Shown here piece after piece: positions 24,630 through 37,736 of a stretch of DNA of 64,000 nt; the stretch's first letter is position 1; each line of letters opens with the position of its first letter. The translations under genes were made by a program, and so were the position numbers. Source of the DNA: Hypanus sabinus (taxonomy: Eukaryota); the NCBI RefSeq assembly GCF_030144855.1, contig NC_082736.1, positions 7,192,001 to 7,256,000 on the forward strand, written 5' to 3'. A model generated the notes under the pieces. It did not search any database, was not told the DNA's origin, and was given only the letters and a program-made list of their open reading frames with translations.

Positions 24630-27600
24630 TGTGGTGACCCTCTTCCCAACTCTCTCGAACCGGCTCACAAAGTGGCGAGCACCGGCATTGAGGCTGGTCC
24701 CAAAGAGGGCACCAAGCCTGCTTCACCAACAAGGGGAAAAGCCCGAGCACGGGATGGGACTGAGCGCGGGAACAGGAAGGCTTTAAAGCGAGGCCGTGCA
24801 GCTTGAATAAACATCTTTTGCAACTGCAGCTCACTGACTATGTGTCGTTATTTCAGCGCTGCGTGTAGCACACCGCTACAATTGGTGACCCCGACGGCCC
24901 AAACGATATTTGGACCGGAGATGAACGACTCCACATCTGTTCCTGCATTTTCATTAAAACTGCCAAGCTTCAGGACGCTGCGACCTCACCTATGGTTTCA
25001 GCAAGCAGAAGCCCAATTCCACATTCGGCAGATAAACTCGGATGTCACTTGTTACTACCACGTGGTGAGCTCCCTCGACCAGGAGACAGCCGCTCAGGTT
25101 GAGGAGTTCATACAGTCACCCCTGGAGGAGGACAAATACACAGAATTCAAAGCCCTGGTCATAAGGACTTTCGGACTCTCACGACGGGAGCAAGCTCTCC
25201 ACTTACTGCACTTGGATGGTTTGGGGGACAGGCCACCGTCAGCTTTGGTGAACGAGATGCTGTCCCTGGCCGGAGGTCACAAGCCCAGCCTCATGTTTGA
25301 GCAGGCGTTCCTGGAGCAGCTGCCCGAGGACATACGTCTGCTGCTGTCTAACGTGGATTTCAGTGACCCCCCCCCCGGAAGGTGGCGGCCCGGGCAGACG
25401 TGCTGTGGAAAGCCAAGGAGAGTGGGACGTCCGTCGCACAGATCACCAGGCCAGGCTCCCAGCAGCAGACCAGACCGGGCCTGGCCGCAGAGCCCAATAA
25501 CCCCAGGGGCAGGGGTGAGGAGACCAACGGACAATGGTGCTTTTACCACCAGCGGTGGGACGCAGAAGCCCATCGCTGTAGCTCGCCCTGCAAGTTCCCA
25601 GGGAATGCCACATAGAGACATGGTATCAGAATAGCCTCCTGCATGCCTGGGACAAGCATTTTGGTTGACACCGGAGCCGACATCAGCGTCTTACCTCCGA
25701 CGTGTTACGACACCCGCCACAGAGAATCGGGTCCCACCCTGAGGGCCGCGAACGGCAGCACAGTAAGGACCTACGGCAGCCATACGGTGCAGCTACAGTT
25801 CGGTTCCAGCCAGTTCATGTGGGACTTCACACTGGCCGCTGTAGCCCAACCGCTCCTGGGAGCAGATTTTTTGCGAGCTCACAGCCTACTGGTCAACCTG
25901 CCAAGGAAGAGACTGGTCCACGCTGAGACTTTTCAAACGTTCTCCCTGGGTGAAGCCCAGTTGCCGGCCCCACACCTAGACTCCATCACGCTGTCCGACA
26001 ACGACTTCACCAGAGTCCTGGCAGGTTTCCCATTGGTTCTGATGCTGAAGTTCATGGCAGCCATGCCCAGAGATGACATACAGCACCACATCCCGATACA
26101 AGGACCACCCCGTCCTCGAAGGCTTCCCCCAGACAAGCTCCGACTGGCAAAGGAGGAGTTCAAGAGGATGGAGGAATTGGGGATCATACAGCGGTCCGAC
26201 AGCCCATGGGCCTCCCCCCTGCACATGGTGCCCAAAGCAACAGGGGGCTGGAGACCATGCGGCAACTACCGCAGGCTGAACGAAGCTCCAACACCGGACC
26301 GCTACCCTGTGCCGCACATTCAGGACTTTGCAGCAAACCTGCACAGCACACGGATCTTTTCCGAGGTAGACCTCGTCCGGGGACACCATCAGATCCTGAT
26401 GCATCCGGACGACGTCCCCAAAATGGCACTCATCACCCCTTTCGGCCTTTTCGAATTCCTCCGCATGCCGTTCGGCCTAAAGAATGCCGCACAGACGTTT
26501 CAGCGGTTAATGGACGCGGTGGAACGCGACCTGGACTTCGCTTTCATCTATTTGGATGACATCCTCATAGCCAGCAGTAGTCGTCAGGAGCATCTGTCCC
26601 ACCTTCATCAACTCTACACCCGACCGAGTGATTACGGCCAAATGCCAGTTCGGATCGACACCATCGTCTTCCTGGGCCACAGGATTACTAAAGACGGGGC
26701 AACCCCTCTGCCCGCCAAGATAGACGCGGTCCGTCATTTCCCCCGAACCAACATAATCAAAGGCCTTCAGGAATTTGTGGGTATGGTAAATTTCTACCAC
26801 CGCTTCCTCCCTTCAGCAGCCTGAATCATGTGCCCCCTGTTCGCCCTGATGTCAGATAAGGGCAAGGACATAACCTGGGATGAGGAGTCCGCCACCGCTT
26901 TCATTAAAACTAAAGAAGCCTTGGCAAACGCCGCGATGCTAGTGCACCCCAGAACGGACGTCCCTACCGCCCCCACAGTGGACTCATCTAACACGATGGA
27001 GTCGATGGAGTGCTGGAACAACTCATCGAGGGTCGCAGGAAACCTCTGGCGTTTTTCCGCAAACACCTATGACCACCCGAGCTCAAATACAGTGCTTTCG
27101 ACCGGGAACTGTTGGCGTGATAACCTGGCAATCTGGCATTTCAGGTACTTCTTAGAAGGTAGGCCCTTTACCGCGTTCACGGACCACAACCCTCTTACGT
27201 TTGTGTTCACGAAAGCATCCGACCCATGGTCGTCCAACCAGCAGCAACATCTGTCCTACATCTCCGAATGCATGACGGGTGTCCAGCATGTCTCGGGAAA
27301 GGACAATGTCGTTGTGGACACCCTAACATCCAAGCCCTGTCCTGCGGGTAGACTATGAAGCGCTGGAGGAGGCACAGCAGGCAGACGAGAAGATCCCTAG
27401 TTACAGAACCGCAGTCTCCGGTTTGCAGCTCCAAGACCTCCCTGCAGGACCAGGTGAGAGGACCCTACTCTGTGACGTCGCCACTTGCCAACCCCGCCCC
27501 GTCGTCCTGGCAGCGGCACATTTTCATCTCCATCCACAACTTAGCTCACCCCTCCATCTGGTCAACCGTCTGGATGGTAGCCAACAGGTTCGTTTGGCAC

Positions 27601-28888
27601 GGACTCCGCCAGCCGGTCAGTGAATGGGCCAAAACGTGAATGCACTGCCAAACAGCCAAGGCTGAGCGGCACACCAAACCCCTGCCGCAGCAGTTCCCGG
27701 CGGTGTTTCAACCACATTCATGTGGATATCGTGGGCCCCTGCCAGTGTCGCGAGGAGCGTGGCACCTCCTGACTATCGTGGACCGGTTCACAAGATGGCC
27801 AGAGGCAGTCCCGCTCGCCGACACCACCTCCGAATCTTGCGACCGAGCACTGATTGCAACCCTGGGTATCTCACTTGGGTGTACCGGCCCACATTACCTC
27901 CGACAGAGGCGCCCAGTTCACCTCCAGCCTGTGCTCAGCTATGCCCAGCCTTTTGGGGACACAGCTGCAAAACACAACTGCCTACCACCCACAAGCGAAC
28001 GGACTAGTGGAGCGTTTCCACCTGAAGTCAGCTCTCATGGCCCGCTTCAAAGGGCCTAACTGGGTGGACAAGCTTCCCTGGTTCCTGCTCGGAATCCGCA
28101 CGGCGCCCAAAGAAGATCTGCATACCTCGTCGGCTGAGTTGGTGCACGGCGGACCCCTGGTCATCCCAGGAGAGTTCATACCAGCCCCAAGGGGGCAAGA
28201 GGAAGAACCCGCAGCAGTCCTGGGCAGACTACGCGAGGTTTGGTAACCTGGCCCACATACCCACTTCACAGCATGGGCAGAACCCGACCTGCGTTCCCAA
28301 CGACCTGCAAAACTGTAACTGTGTTTTTGTACGACAGGGCGGACATTGGGCACTGCTACAGCGGCCCTATGAGGGGCCGTTTACGGTGTTCAGAAACAAC
28401 GGGTCCACATTCGTGCTGGACGTTGTGGGGAGAGAGGAGGTTTTCACAGTGGACCAACTCCAACCGGCCCATGTGAACTTGGCGCAGCCGGTCAAGATTC
28501 AGGCACCGCGGCGCAGAGGCCGATCTCCCAAACAGAGTCCGACCCAGATTGAGGACATTGGGGGGGTGTATCGCCGGTTCTCTGGGGGGGGGGGGAAGGT
28601 TATGTGGCGACCCACTTCCCAGCGCACTCGAACTGGCTCACAAAGTTGCAAGTGCGGGCATTGAGGCCGGTCCCAAAAAGGGCACCAAGCCTGCTTCACC
28701 AGCAAGAGGAAGAGCCCGCACGCAGGACAGGTCTGTGAATATGTGCCCCCTACAGTATTCCCGCCCGGGGAGGGCAGGAACAGGAAGGCTTTTAAGCGAG
28801 GCCGCCAAGTTTGAATAAACCTCTTTTGCAACTGCAGCTTACCGATTACGTGTCTTTATTTCAGCGCTGCGTGTAGCACACCGCTACA
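24630..28888 (+). mobile_element. Ty3/Gypsy LTR retrotransposon, CsRn1-type, degenerate, both LTRs present
   Basis: LTRs 24630-24880 and 28603-28888 (TG...CA); TSD ATAT; PBS TGGTGACCCCGACG (tRNA-Trp) at 24883-24896; PPT ~28584-28599; Gag with CHCC motif; protease DTG, RT YLDD, RNase H and integrase fragments broken by frameshifts and stops. Confidence 0.95.
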
Positions 28889-30849
28889 ATATAGTCATAA
28901 TTAAGTAGAGAACATGACATGCAGAATACTTGGAAGTGAAGTGATAGATTGTGGGAAACAGTTCAGTGGTGAGTTAAGTGAAGTTAAATAGAGTTATCTC
29001 CATTGGTTCTGGTTTAAAGTGACACCAGTGAATCTCTTTTTCTGGTAAACAAATAGCCTGTAACTTTCCTATCAACTTGGATGCAATTTCATGTGGCAGA
29101 ACCAATGTGAGGAAGACCCAAAGTACGGTTTATTTAAACTCCGGGCTGAAATGGCAAAGTCAGATACAGGCCAAATCGAGGTGGTGGGTACCAGGCCCCA
29201 GATCGTATCAAAGCGACTGAACCCAATGTTTGGACGACGATTTAGACGCAGGGCCAGAATGAAAAGATCAGGTTGTTCTGCCCGAGGCCAGGGACAAAAG
29301 AAATTTAATGATAGGATCAGCTTGCATAAACAAAAAGCATAAACAATTTCAGAGTAGCCAATATCACTTTGCATGGGCAACGTCAACTCTTGCAAACTTG
29401 GCCGAATGTTTTAAGTGACAGACTCAACTGATGAGAGCTGGGTAGTGGGTATAGGACACAAGGACTTTGGTAAAGCTTTCAACAAGAGTCCCCATGGTGG
29501 GCTGATCCACAGCATGGAAGCACATCGCTCAAGAGAAATCTGATTGAGTATATTCAAAATGTACTCAATCAGAGAACACAGAAGGTAATGGTTGAGGGGT
29601 GTGATTCTGACTGGAGACCTGTGAAGAGTGGGCCCCACAAGAAATTCTGCTTTTTGTGAAATGATTCAGATAAAAACGAAGGAGGGCTGATTTGTTGGTC
29701 TGCAGAGACACAGAAATTGGTGCAGTTATGGACCGTGAAGAAAGTTTCCAAAGGATTCAGCAGAACATAGACCGGCTGGAAATGTGGGCAGAGAAATGGG
29801 AGATAAGTCGATGTACTCTGGGAAGTCAAATGTCAGAGGATTTCTTTGGAATTCCTCTCCCCATCAGAGTGGCTGGAATTACAGTTACGGCAGTGACATG
29901 CTCCACCTCAGGATGTGGGAGTCAATCAGTGTCCCCGATAACTTCACATGGGGGAAGTGCACCGAGGTGCAGCTCCTGACTGACCGTGTGAAGGAAATGA
30001 AGATGGAGATGAACAGACCGAGAGTTTCCAGGATGCTGAGACCAGAGGTTCAGTGAGTTGGTCACAACCGACGTCAGGCTGCAGATTGTTGGGTGACCAC
30101 CATGACGGAAAGGGGAAGAGACAGATAGAGGAATGTCTCCCTGTGGCCGTGACCCTCAGCAACAAGTACACTCCTTTGGATACCCCTGGGATGATGAACC
30201 AGAGACAGCAGCCAGCCAGGTCGGTGGTACTGAGACCCCAGACCGATGCTCCGCGGGAGGAAAGGTCAAGCAGAGCAGTGATGACTGCAGTCTCACAGTA
30301 CAGGGGATGTGCAGGAGATTCTGTGGCAGCCACAGAGATGACACGATGGTGTGTCGCCTCCTGGGTACTGGGGTCAGGTCCGTCTCAGACGTGCAGGATT
30401 TCCTAACGATAAACTTGCCAGTCAAGTCAGTGGTAAGGAAACCAAATGTCGGCATTCATTTAGAGAGGACTACAATACAAAAGCAAGGATGTAAGCATTG
30501 GTCCGATCACACTTGGAGTATTGTGAACTGTTTTGGGCCTCTTATCTAAAAAGCTACATGCTCGCATCGGAGAGGGTCCAGAGGACGTTCACAAAAACGA
30601 TCCTGGCAATAAAAGGGTTAATGCACGGGGATTGTTTGATAGCTCTGGGCCGGTTGTCTCTGGACTTTAGAAGAACGAGGGAATCTCATTGAAACAGATC
30701 AAATATTGAAAGGCCTAGAATAGAGTGGGGAGGGTGCTTCCGATAGTGTCTAGGAACACAGGGCACAGCCTCACAATACTAGGACAATACTGTTAGAACA
30801 AAGATAAGGAGCAATTTCCGTAGTAAAGAGCAGTGAATCTGTGTAGCCT

Positions 30850-31500
30850 ATGTCAGGATGTTGCTCATTGACTAGAGCTCAACGTTTAACACTATCATTC
30901 CCACAGTCCTGATCAATAAGCTACTGAACCTGGTCCCTCTGCAAATGGATCCTCGACTTCCCAACCGGAAAACCACAGTCTGTGCGGATTAGTGATAATC
31001 CACACAGATTGTGTGGAGGTATGGAGATGGGCTAACCCCTATTGACATCGATGGATCTGGGGTTGAGAGGGTAAACAGCTTTAAATTCCTCGGCATCAAC
31101 ATACCCGAGGATCTCGCATGGTCTCTACGTACCTGCTGTGTGCTGAAAAAGGCACAACAGCGCCTCGTTCACCTCCCAAATCCTAAGAACTTTCTACAGG
31201 GGCATAATTGGGAGCATCCCGACTGGCTGCATCACAGCCTGGTATGGGAACAGTACCTCCCTTAATTGCAGCACAGCCCAGCGCATCTGTTGTTGTCAAC
31301 TTCCCATGATTCAGGACATTGACAAAGACAGGCGTGAGAAAAGGGCCCGAGGGATCATTGTGGACCCCAGTCACCCCAAGCACAATCTATTCCAGCAGCA
31401 ACCATCTTTCTATATTAGCACGTCCTGCATTGAACTGCTGCTGCTAAATTAACAAATTTCCTGACACCTGCCGGTGATAATAAACCTGATTCTGGTCCTG
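30850..31500 (+). mobile_element. Rex1/Babar-like LINE 3' remnant (mirrored at ~55115-55810)
   Basis: VERVNSFKFLGINIPEDLAWS...KKAQQRL; tail aataaacctgattct. Confidence 0.7.
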
Positions 31501-33279
31501 ACTTTGAATTCATCCCCACAGACGGATGTGACCAATTCATTGGGTATATTTAATGTGGAGGTTCTCGATTGTGGGGGGAGGGGGGGGGTGGGCGGGATAA
31601 GAGTGTTTGAGAGGGTTAAGAGATCTGTCATGATCTCTTACTCCTGGCAGAATGGTGCAGCAGACTGGTTGGGCCAAATGGCCTAATTCTGCTGCTGTGT
31701 CTTATGGTCCGATGGTCTCGGAGCAGCTGCAGGACATTTCAAAGGGAAGGTTGAGCAGCCGGACATCGTGGTGGACGGTGGCTGTTGGTAATAGCAACGT
31801 AGGGATACGAGGGTTGTGTCTTGTGCAGTGAATTTAGAGAAATCAGACAGAAACTAAAAAGTAGTAAGCTCTGTATTACTCCCAGTGACACTTGTTAGTA
31901 GGGGGAGATATAGAGAGATACCAGTGATGAACGTGCGACTCAGGAGCTGGTGCAGGGGACAGAGTGCCAGTTTCATGGATCAATGGGACATCTTCTAGGG
32001 ATGGGTAGGCAGAAACTGTTCACTCCACAGGGTCTTTTAGGGAAGCAACAGTTTTCTCCGTACTAAAAGTGCACGGGATAGTTTTGATGTGACAGGGTGG
32101 ACATTGAAAGGGAATCTAAAGGGTGAGTTGCTGGAGGTGAATAAAATTACATGAGACATACAAAGGTTAGAGAAGCAGAGGCTGTTTCCAGTGGTGTGGC
32201 TGTCTAAAGCTAAAGGGAATAGTTGTAAGGTAAGAGGGTGTGTTTAAAGGTGATCTGAAGGGTAAATATTTGACACAGAGAACAGCTGGAATCCCAAATA
32301 AGCTGCCAGAGGAGGTGGTGGAGACAAAGACACACAAAGTCTCTGTTCCTGAACACTTCCCTGGAACCTGTCATTACTGTGTTCATCCTGCCCTGGTTTA
32401 ACTTCCCGATGCTGGGTCCATTGTTGTTTTCAATCTGTATAAACGATCTGGATGAGAATGTAGTAAACTGGATCAGAAAGTCTGTGGATGACAACAAGAT
32501 TAGGGGTATGATGAACAGTAAAGCCGGCTAACAAATCTGGATGTGGAATGCGGACCAGCTGGCAAAATGAAGTTGGTTACAATCTGGAACACACTTCCTG
32601 AGGGAGAGGTGCAGGCTGGTATTTAAGGAACATCTGGCTGAACATTTGAATCACCAGGACAGGGTAGGAGACAGACCAAGTGCTGAGTTAATGGAGACAG
32701 ATTCTCGATGGTCAGTATAGCCATGCAGAAACCACTGACTGTGAAAGTTCAGTGGGAAGCTGGAACACAGAACTTCAGGATGGATTTACCTAAAACACTC
32801 AGAACCCAATACGATGGATTTTTGTTGGACAAAGGTATTAATGCATTAGGGTTAATAGTGAATCAAACACCTCAAAAGGCTATCAAAATGCACCCATTCC
32901 CTGTTCACCAGTAACAGGACTTTAAAATGGGAATTTGATGAAGAACACTGGTTAGTATTAGGAGAGATGGCGGACAGCTTGGTCACAATGGAACGGTGCA
33001 AGTATTTTCTCAGAGGATAAGGGGTTCAGTGGAACAAGCTCACAGCTGAGAATGAAGGTAACAAACCCCACTGCAGTGGAGGACTGCTGTTGCCCTGGTT
33101 GAACCGCCCAGAATAGAGTCAGTGATTTATACAGAACTGAAACCGTCCCTTCGGTAAAACTCATCCACGCCGACCAAGTTGTCGACCTGAACTCGTCCCA
33201 TCCGCCTGCATTAGGCCCGTGTCCCTCTCAACCTTTCCTATCCATGTAACTGTGCAAATATGGTTTGAATATTGTACCT

Positions 33280-33625
33280 GAGGCAGAGAGCCGGTGCGGT
33301 GAGGCGCTGACAGGCACTCACTGTTCCGAGGGCAGGAAGAGGAGAGGCCGATTCCCACAGTGGAGCCGAAACCCAAAGTAGAGACCGATTCCACTTTACC
33401 ACAACCCCGTGTCCACCATTCCGGACCGTTCCCTAGGAAACGACGTCAGTGACGTAACATCTATGACGTCACCTCGTCACAGATAGGCATACGCGCATGA
33501 TATCACGTGACGCGTTGCCAACAGCCCAGGAGGCGGGACACAGACACCTGTCAATCAGTGGAGTCGTTGAGAAACTGCAAGCATTGTAACAGAGTGGGTA
33601 CAGAGGGGCATTTCCGGGAACAGTG
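33280..33625 (-). promoter_or_regulatory. CpG-rich promoter-like element with candidate first exon (left arm)
   Basis: GTTCCCTAGGAAAC (RFX-like), TGACGTCA and CRE half-sites, TCACGTGAC E-box, GGCGGG, TTCCGGGAA (33612-33620); splice donor GTGAGT at 33316-33321 on the minus strand. Confidence 0.55.
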
Positions 33626-36296
33626 ACCCAACCCCACCCCCACCCACGGGAATTGAATGTGTTATAATGAGTAATATTCACATTTTAATTTGACTCTTCG
33701 GTCGTATAAATATTTAATATTTGTATTTTTTTACTTTTGTGTGGATAATCTTTTATAATTTGGGATAGAAAAACGTTGTAACTGGATCACTGAACCCTTT
33801 ATGAAAAAAGAATGTTACTTAAAAATATTGTCAAAGTCAACATTTTAATCCAAAGTAATTTAATAGAAGCATAGAAAACCTCCAGCACCAAACAGGACTT
33901 TCGGCCCACAATGTTGTGACGAACATGCCTATTGAAAAGTCTCTGAAAAGACCCTACATTATCTGCCTCCACCACCGTTGCGGGCAGCCCATTCCACGCA
34001 CTCACCACTCTGAGTAAAAAACTTACCCCTGACATCTCTGTACCTGCTCCCCAGCACCTTAACCTGTGTCCTCTTGTGCAGCCAGTTCAGCCCTGAGAAA
34101 AAGCCTCTGACTATCCACACGATCGATGCCTCTCATCATCTTGTACACCTTGGGCCTAAAGGAAACGATGCTGACTTTGTCCTATTTTATCATGTGTCGC
34201 CAAGTAGCCCGAAAATACATCGAGTCCATCATCTTCCCCACCACTGAGGTCAGACTGATTGGCCTATGATTTTTGTAAATCGTATAACTGAGTGTCAGGG
34301 AAGTCTCAGAGCAGCTACTGAACAATGTTCACTCAGCCGAAGGTGGTGGTTCACGTCAGTAGCAGTGGACAGGTAGAAAAGAGATGAGGTCCCACAGTGA
34401 ATATAGAGAGTTAGGGAACAAGTTAAAGAGCAGGACCTGAAAGGTTATAATTTTTGTGTTACTCCCAATGCTCTGTGGTAGTTCGGGTGGGAACAGAAAG
34501 TTGGAGCAGATGACTGTGTGGCTGAGGAGCTGGTGCAGGGACAGGGTTTCAGGATTCCAGAACACTGGAACCTCTTCAGGTCCAGAGGTGACATTTACGG
34601 GGGTGGGGGGGGGGTCAGAATCATGAGGTTCATTGTTGTTCCCTGGGAGGGTTGAAATGAGATTGACAGGGGGATGTGAACCAGAACACCAGTCACTGAA
34701 TGGAGAGATTGATGCCAAGTTTGATGCTTAATGCTGTAAGGATGCATTTTGAGGCAAATCCCCATCGGACATGAGTTTGTTTCAAGACCAGCAGCACAGT
34801 GATTCAGGGCCAGTTTCTTCCTGTAAGGGGGAGGGTCCAGGATGGCAAGGTTCAGGAAACCTGGATGATGAGAGAGGAAGTAAATTTAGTCGAGGAAGAG
34901 TGAGAAGCTTATGCAAGGCTTAGGAAGCTGGAATCAAACAGGGGGTTTGAGGATGATATTTAAAACACAGAAGGGAACTCAAGAACATTTGCAGAGTGAG
35001 AAACAGTGATGAAAAATCTCTGATGAGCAGGATTAAAGATAATCCCACTGCATTCTGTACATTCATTGTGGTGAAAAGGATACCCAGGGGTGCACATCCA
35101 ACATAAAGCATGGATACACAGGTAATGGCAGGAACATTAACATACAGAAGGATGCTGGGTCCGGGCAGATTGGTTCCCTGAAACTGGGAGCACAGGTTGA
35201 CAGGGTGGTAAAGCCGGTGTACGGCATGTTTGCCTTCACCGGGCAAGGCATTGAGTTCAATCACCAGGACATCATGTTACAGTTTATAAAATGCTGGTTA
35301 GGCCACAGTGAGAGCACAGTGTTCAGTTCCGGTCACCTCATTCTAGGAAGCATGTGGAGGTTTCGGAGCAGGTGCAGAAGTTGTTAAGCAGGATGTCTGG
35401 AGGAGGAGTGAGGTGAGGAGAGGCTCGACATGCTGGAGCTTTTTCCTCTGGAGTGGCGTCAGCTCAGGAGAGATCTGACAGAAATTTATACAGTTTTGCT
35501 GGTGTACACTGTCCGGGGTGGTGTCAGAGGCAGAGAGCACAGGGGTATTTAGGGAAGTCTTAAACAGACAGGAATTTGGAGAGAAGTGACTGGCAGGAGA
35601 TACAGAAGCCTGCAGGCACACTCAGCGATTCAGGAACAGCTTCTTCCCCTCTGCCATCCGATTCCTAAATGGACATTAAAACTATGGACACTACCTCACT
35701 TTTTTAATGTACGGTATTTGTTTTTTTTACGTTTTTTTTAAATAACAGTCAATATACGTAACTGATTTACTTGTTTCTTTATTATGTTTTATTTTAATTA
35801 ATAATTTTATAATTATCTTCTAGATTATGTATGACATTGAACTGCTGCGGCTGAGTTAACAAATTTCACGTCACATGCCGGTGATAATAAACTTGATTCT
35901 GAAATGTAAAACGCAAATGTTATTTTTCTGTGAGGCGATGGGAATCGCTCATGAAGCAACGAACAGGCAATGTTCCCTCCTTCTGCACACCGGAACGGTC
36001 CGGAGTCAACCCGTAATGTGGAACCCAGACAACGCGGTTCTAGGTGATGAAGAGCGGAGTCGTTCAGTGATCGGAGATTAAATTCTCCCTCCCGGGGCTG
36101 ACTCCGGAAGTTCATTTCATGAACCCGCTGACTCTCTGCAAGGGGAGAGAGCTCATTCGGTCTGCTGAGAGGGGAAAACGAGCCGGGACTGAAACGAACC
36201 GGTTTCTGTGCAGATTTATTCCGGTTTCTTTCGCGGAAGAAACATGTCGAGGCACTGACAGATGCAGGATATCAAAAGGACGGATAGAACCCGCCG

Positions 36297-36339
36297 CTCA
36301 GCCCTTCCAGAGCCATTGTGAGTGGCTCTGAAAAGAGCC
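36297..36339 (-). terminator. H2A 3' stem-loop and HDE
   Basis: Minus-strand GGCTCTTTTCAGAGCC (36324-36339) followed by GGAAGGGCTG. Confidence 0.95.
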
Positions 36340-36369
36340 TTTGGAGAAATAGATTCAGCTTACGTCGCT

Positions 36370-36795
<426 letters not shown>

Positions 36796-36815
36796 TCACC
36801 CCGCCCCTACTTGCC

Positions 36816-37011
36816 CTTTTTATAGCCTCTTTGAGAATGAAAAGTGATGTTTGTGATTGGTGTGATCGTCCTTATTCTCATTGGTGAAGACAAATGTCCC
36901 AATCGAAGAACTGCCTTAATCACCAATCAGCAGTCCGTAAAAGTAGAAGCGCGGAAAATAACCGTCTCCTCCCCAAAATGTACTGAAATCTGGAAAAAAG
37001 CCCGCCAAAAA
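36816..37011 (-). promoter_or_regulatory. H2A promoter: TATAAAA, four CCAAT boxes, E2F-like CCCGCCAAAA
   Basis: ttttata at ~36818; attgg/ccaat at ~36856, 36880, 36899, 36923; cccgccaaaaa at 37001. Confidence 0.7.
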
Positions 37012-37299
37012 TAAACCTATTGTTCAAATTTAATTTCCAGTTAAATAATTGCAGATCGGTTACCCTCTGTTACTGAAACCAGGCATATTTGATTTAAGTG
37101 TAGTTGATATTGGAGTGTCTGGGAAGTCAGTTCTCTAATTTCTTTCAACCCGTAACGGAACCGAATAAAACTGACCCTCAGCTTCTGCCCGCGGTCGGTC
37201 ACTGTGTGAACGTTATCAGGTTATGGAAAACGGTTCTTCTCAAACTTTGACCAGCGTCTAGTCTGCAATTTTATAAAGTTATAATATGAAAGAGCCATC

Positions 37300-37397
37300 A
37301 CGAGGAAATCTGTAGATGCGGCAAATTCAAACAACGCACAAAATGCTGGTGGAACCCAGCAGGCCAGGCAGCATCTATAAGAGAAGGACTGTCGACA
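37300..37397 (-). mobile_element. Truncated Penelope pseudo-LTR between H2A and H2B
   Basis: Matches 9841-9940; hammerhead core lost. Confidence 0.75.
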
Positions 37398-37663
37398 CTT
37401 CTCCATACGAAAGAGTCATGGGGTCTTTCAGGCTCGAGTTGAAAAGAGATTCAGGAGTTACCCAGCTGGAACCAATAAACACCGAACCCACAAATATAAC
37501 GGCAGCAATCCTCCACTTGGCATGGATATCGAGTGGGACGGACTGGTGGGGGGGGGGGTAACAATTTCTTGTCAGTTCAGTGGGATGTTATTCCAACCGC
37601 GATCTAGCTCTTGTAAAAGTCACCAGACATAAAGTATGTGTAATTTATTACCGAAAAGCTAGT

Positions 37664-37705
37664 ACAACTCTTCCACTGAAATTGTGAGTGGCTCTTAAAA
37701 GAGCC
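37664..37705 (-). terminator. H2B 3' stem-loop and HDE
   Basis: Minus-strand GGCTCTTTTAAGAGCC (37690-37705) followed by GGAAGAGTTG. Confidence 0.95.
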
Positions 37706-37736
37706 GTTGTGTTTTCGATCATCTCACTGGACAGCT

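Larger units (their letters stand above)
22304..34150 (+). repeat. Left arm of large inverted duplication (visible part)
   Basis: Reverse-complement match to 52265-64000: base 64000 pairs with 22304 and 52265 with 34150; mirrored ORFs throughout the ORF track. Confidence 0.95.

Noticed and set aside
29072-29395. 107-aa ORF conserved in both arms (also 56908-57231)
   Set aside because: Conservation is explained by near-identity of the arms; non-ATG start and no domain
33428-33475. MHC-type SXY module (X1-like box followed by CRE)
   Set aside because: No Y box (ATTGG) at the expected spacing, absent from the right arm, and no MHC exons seen
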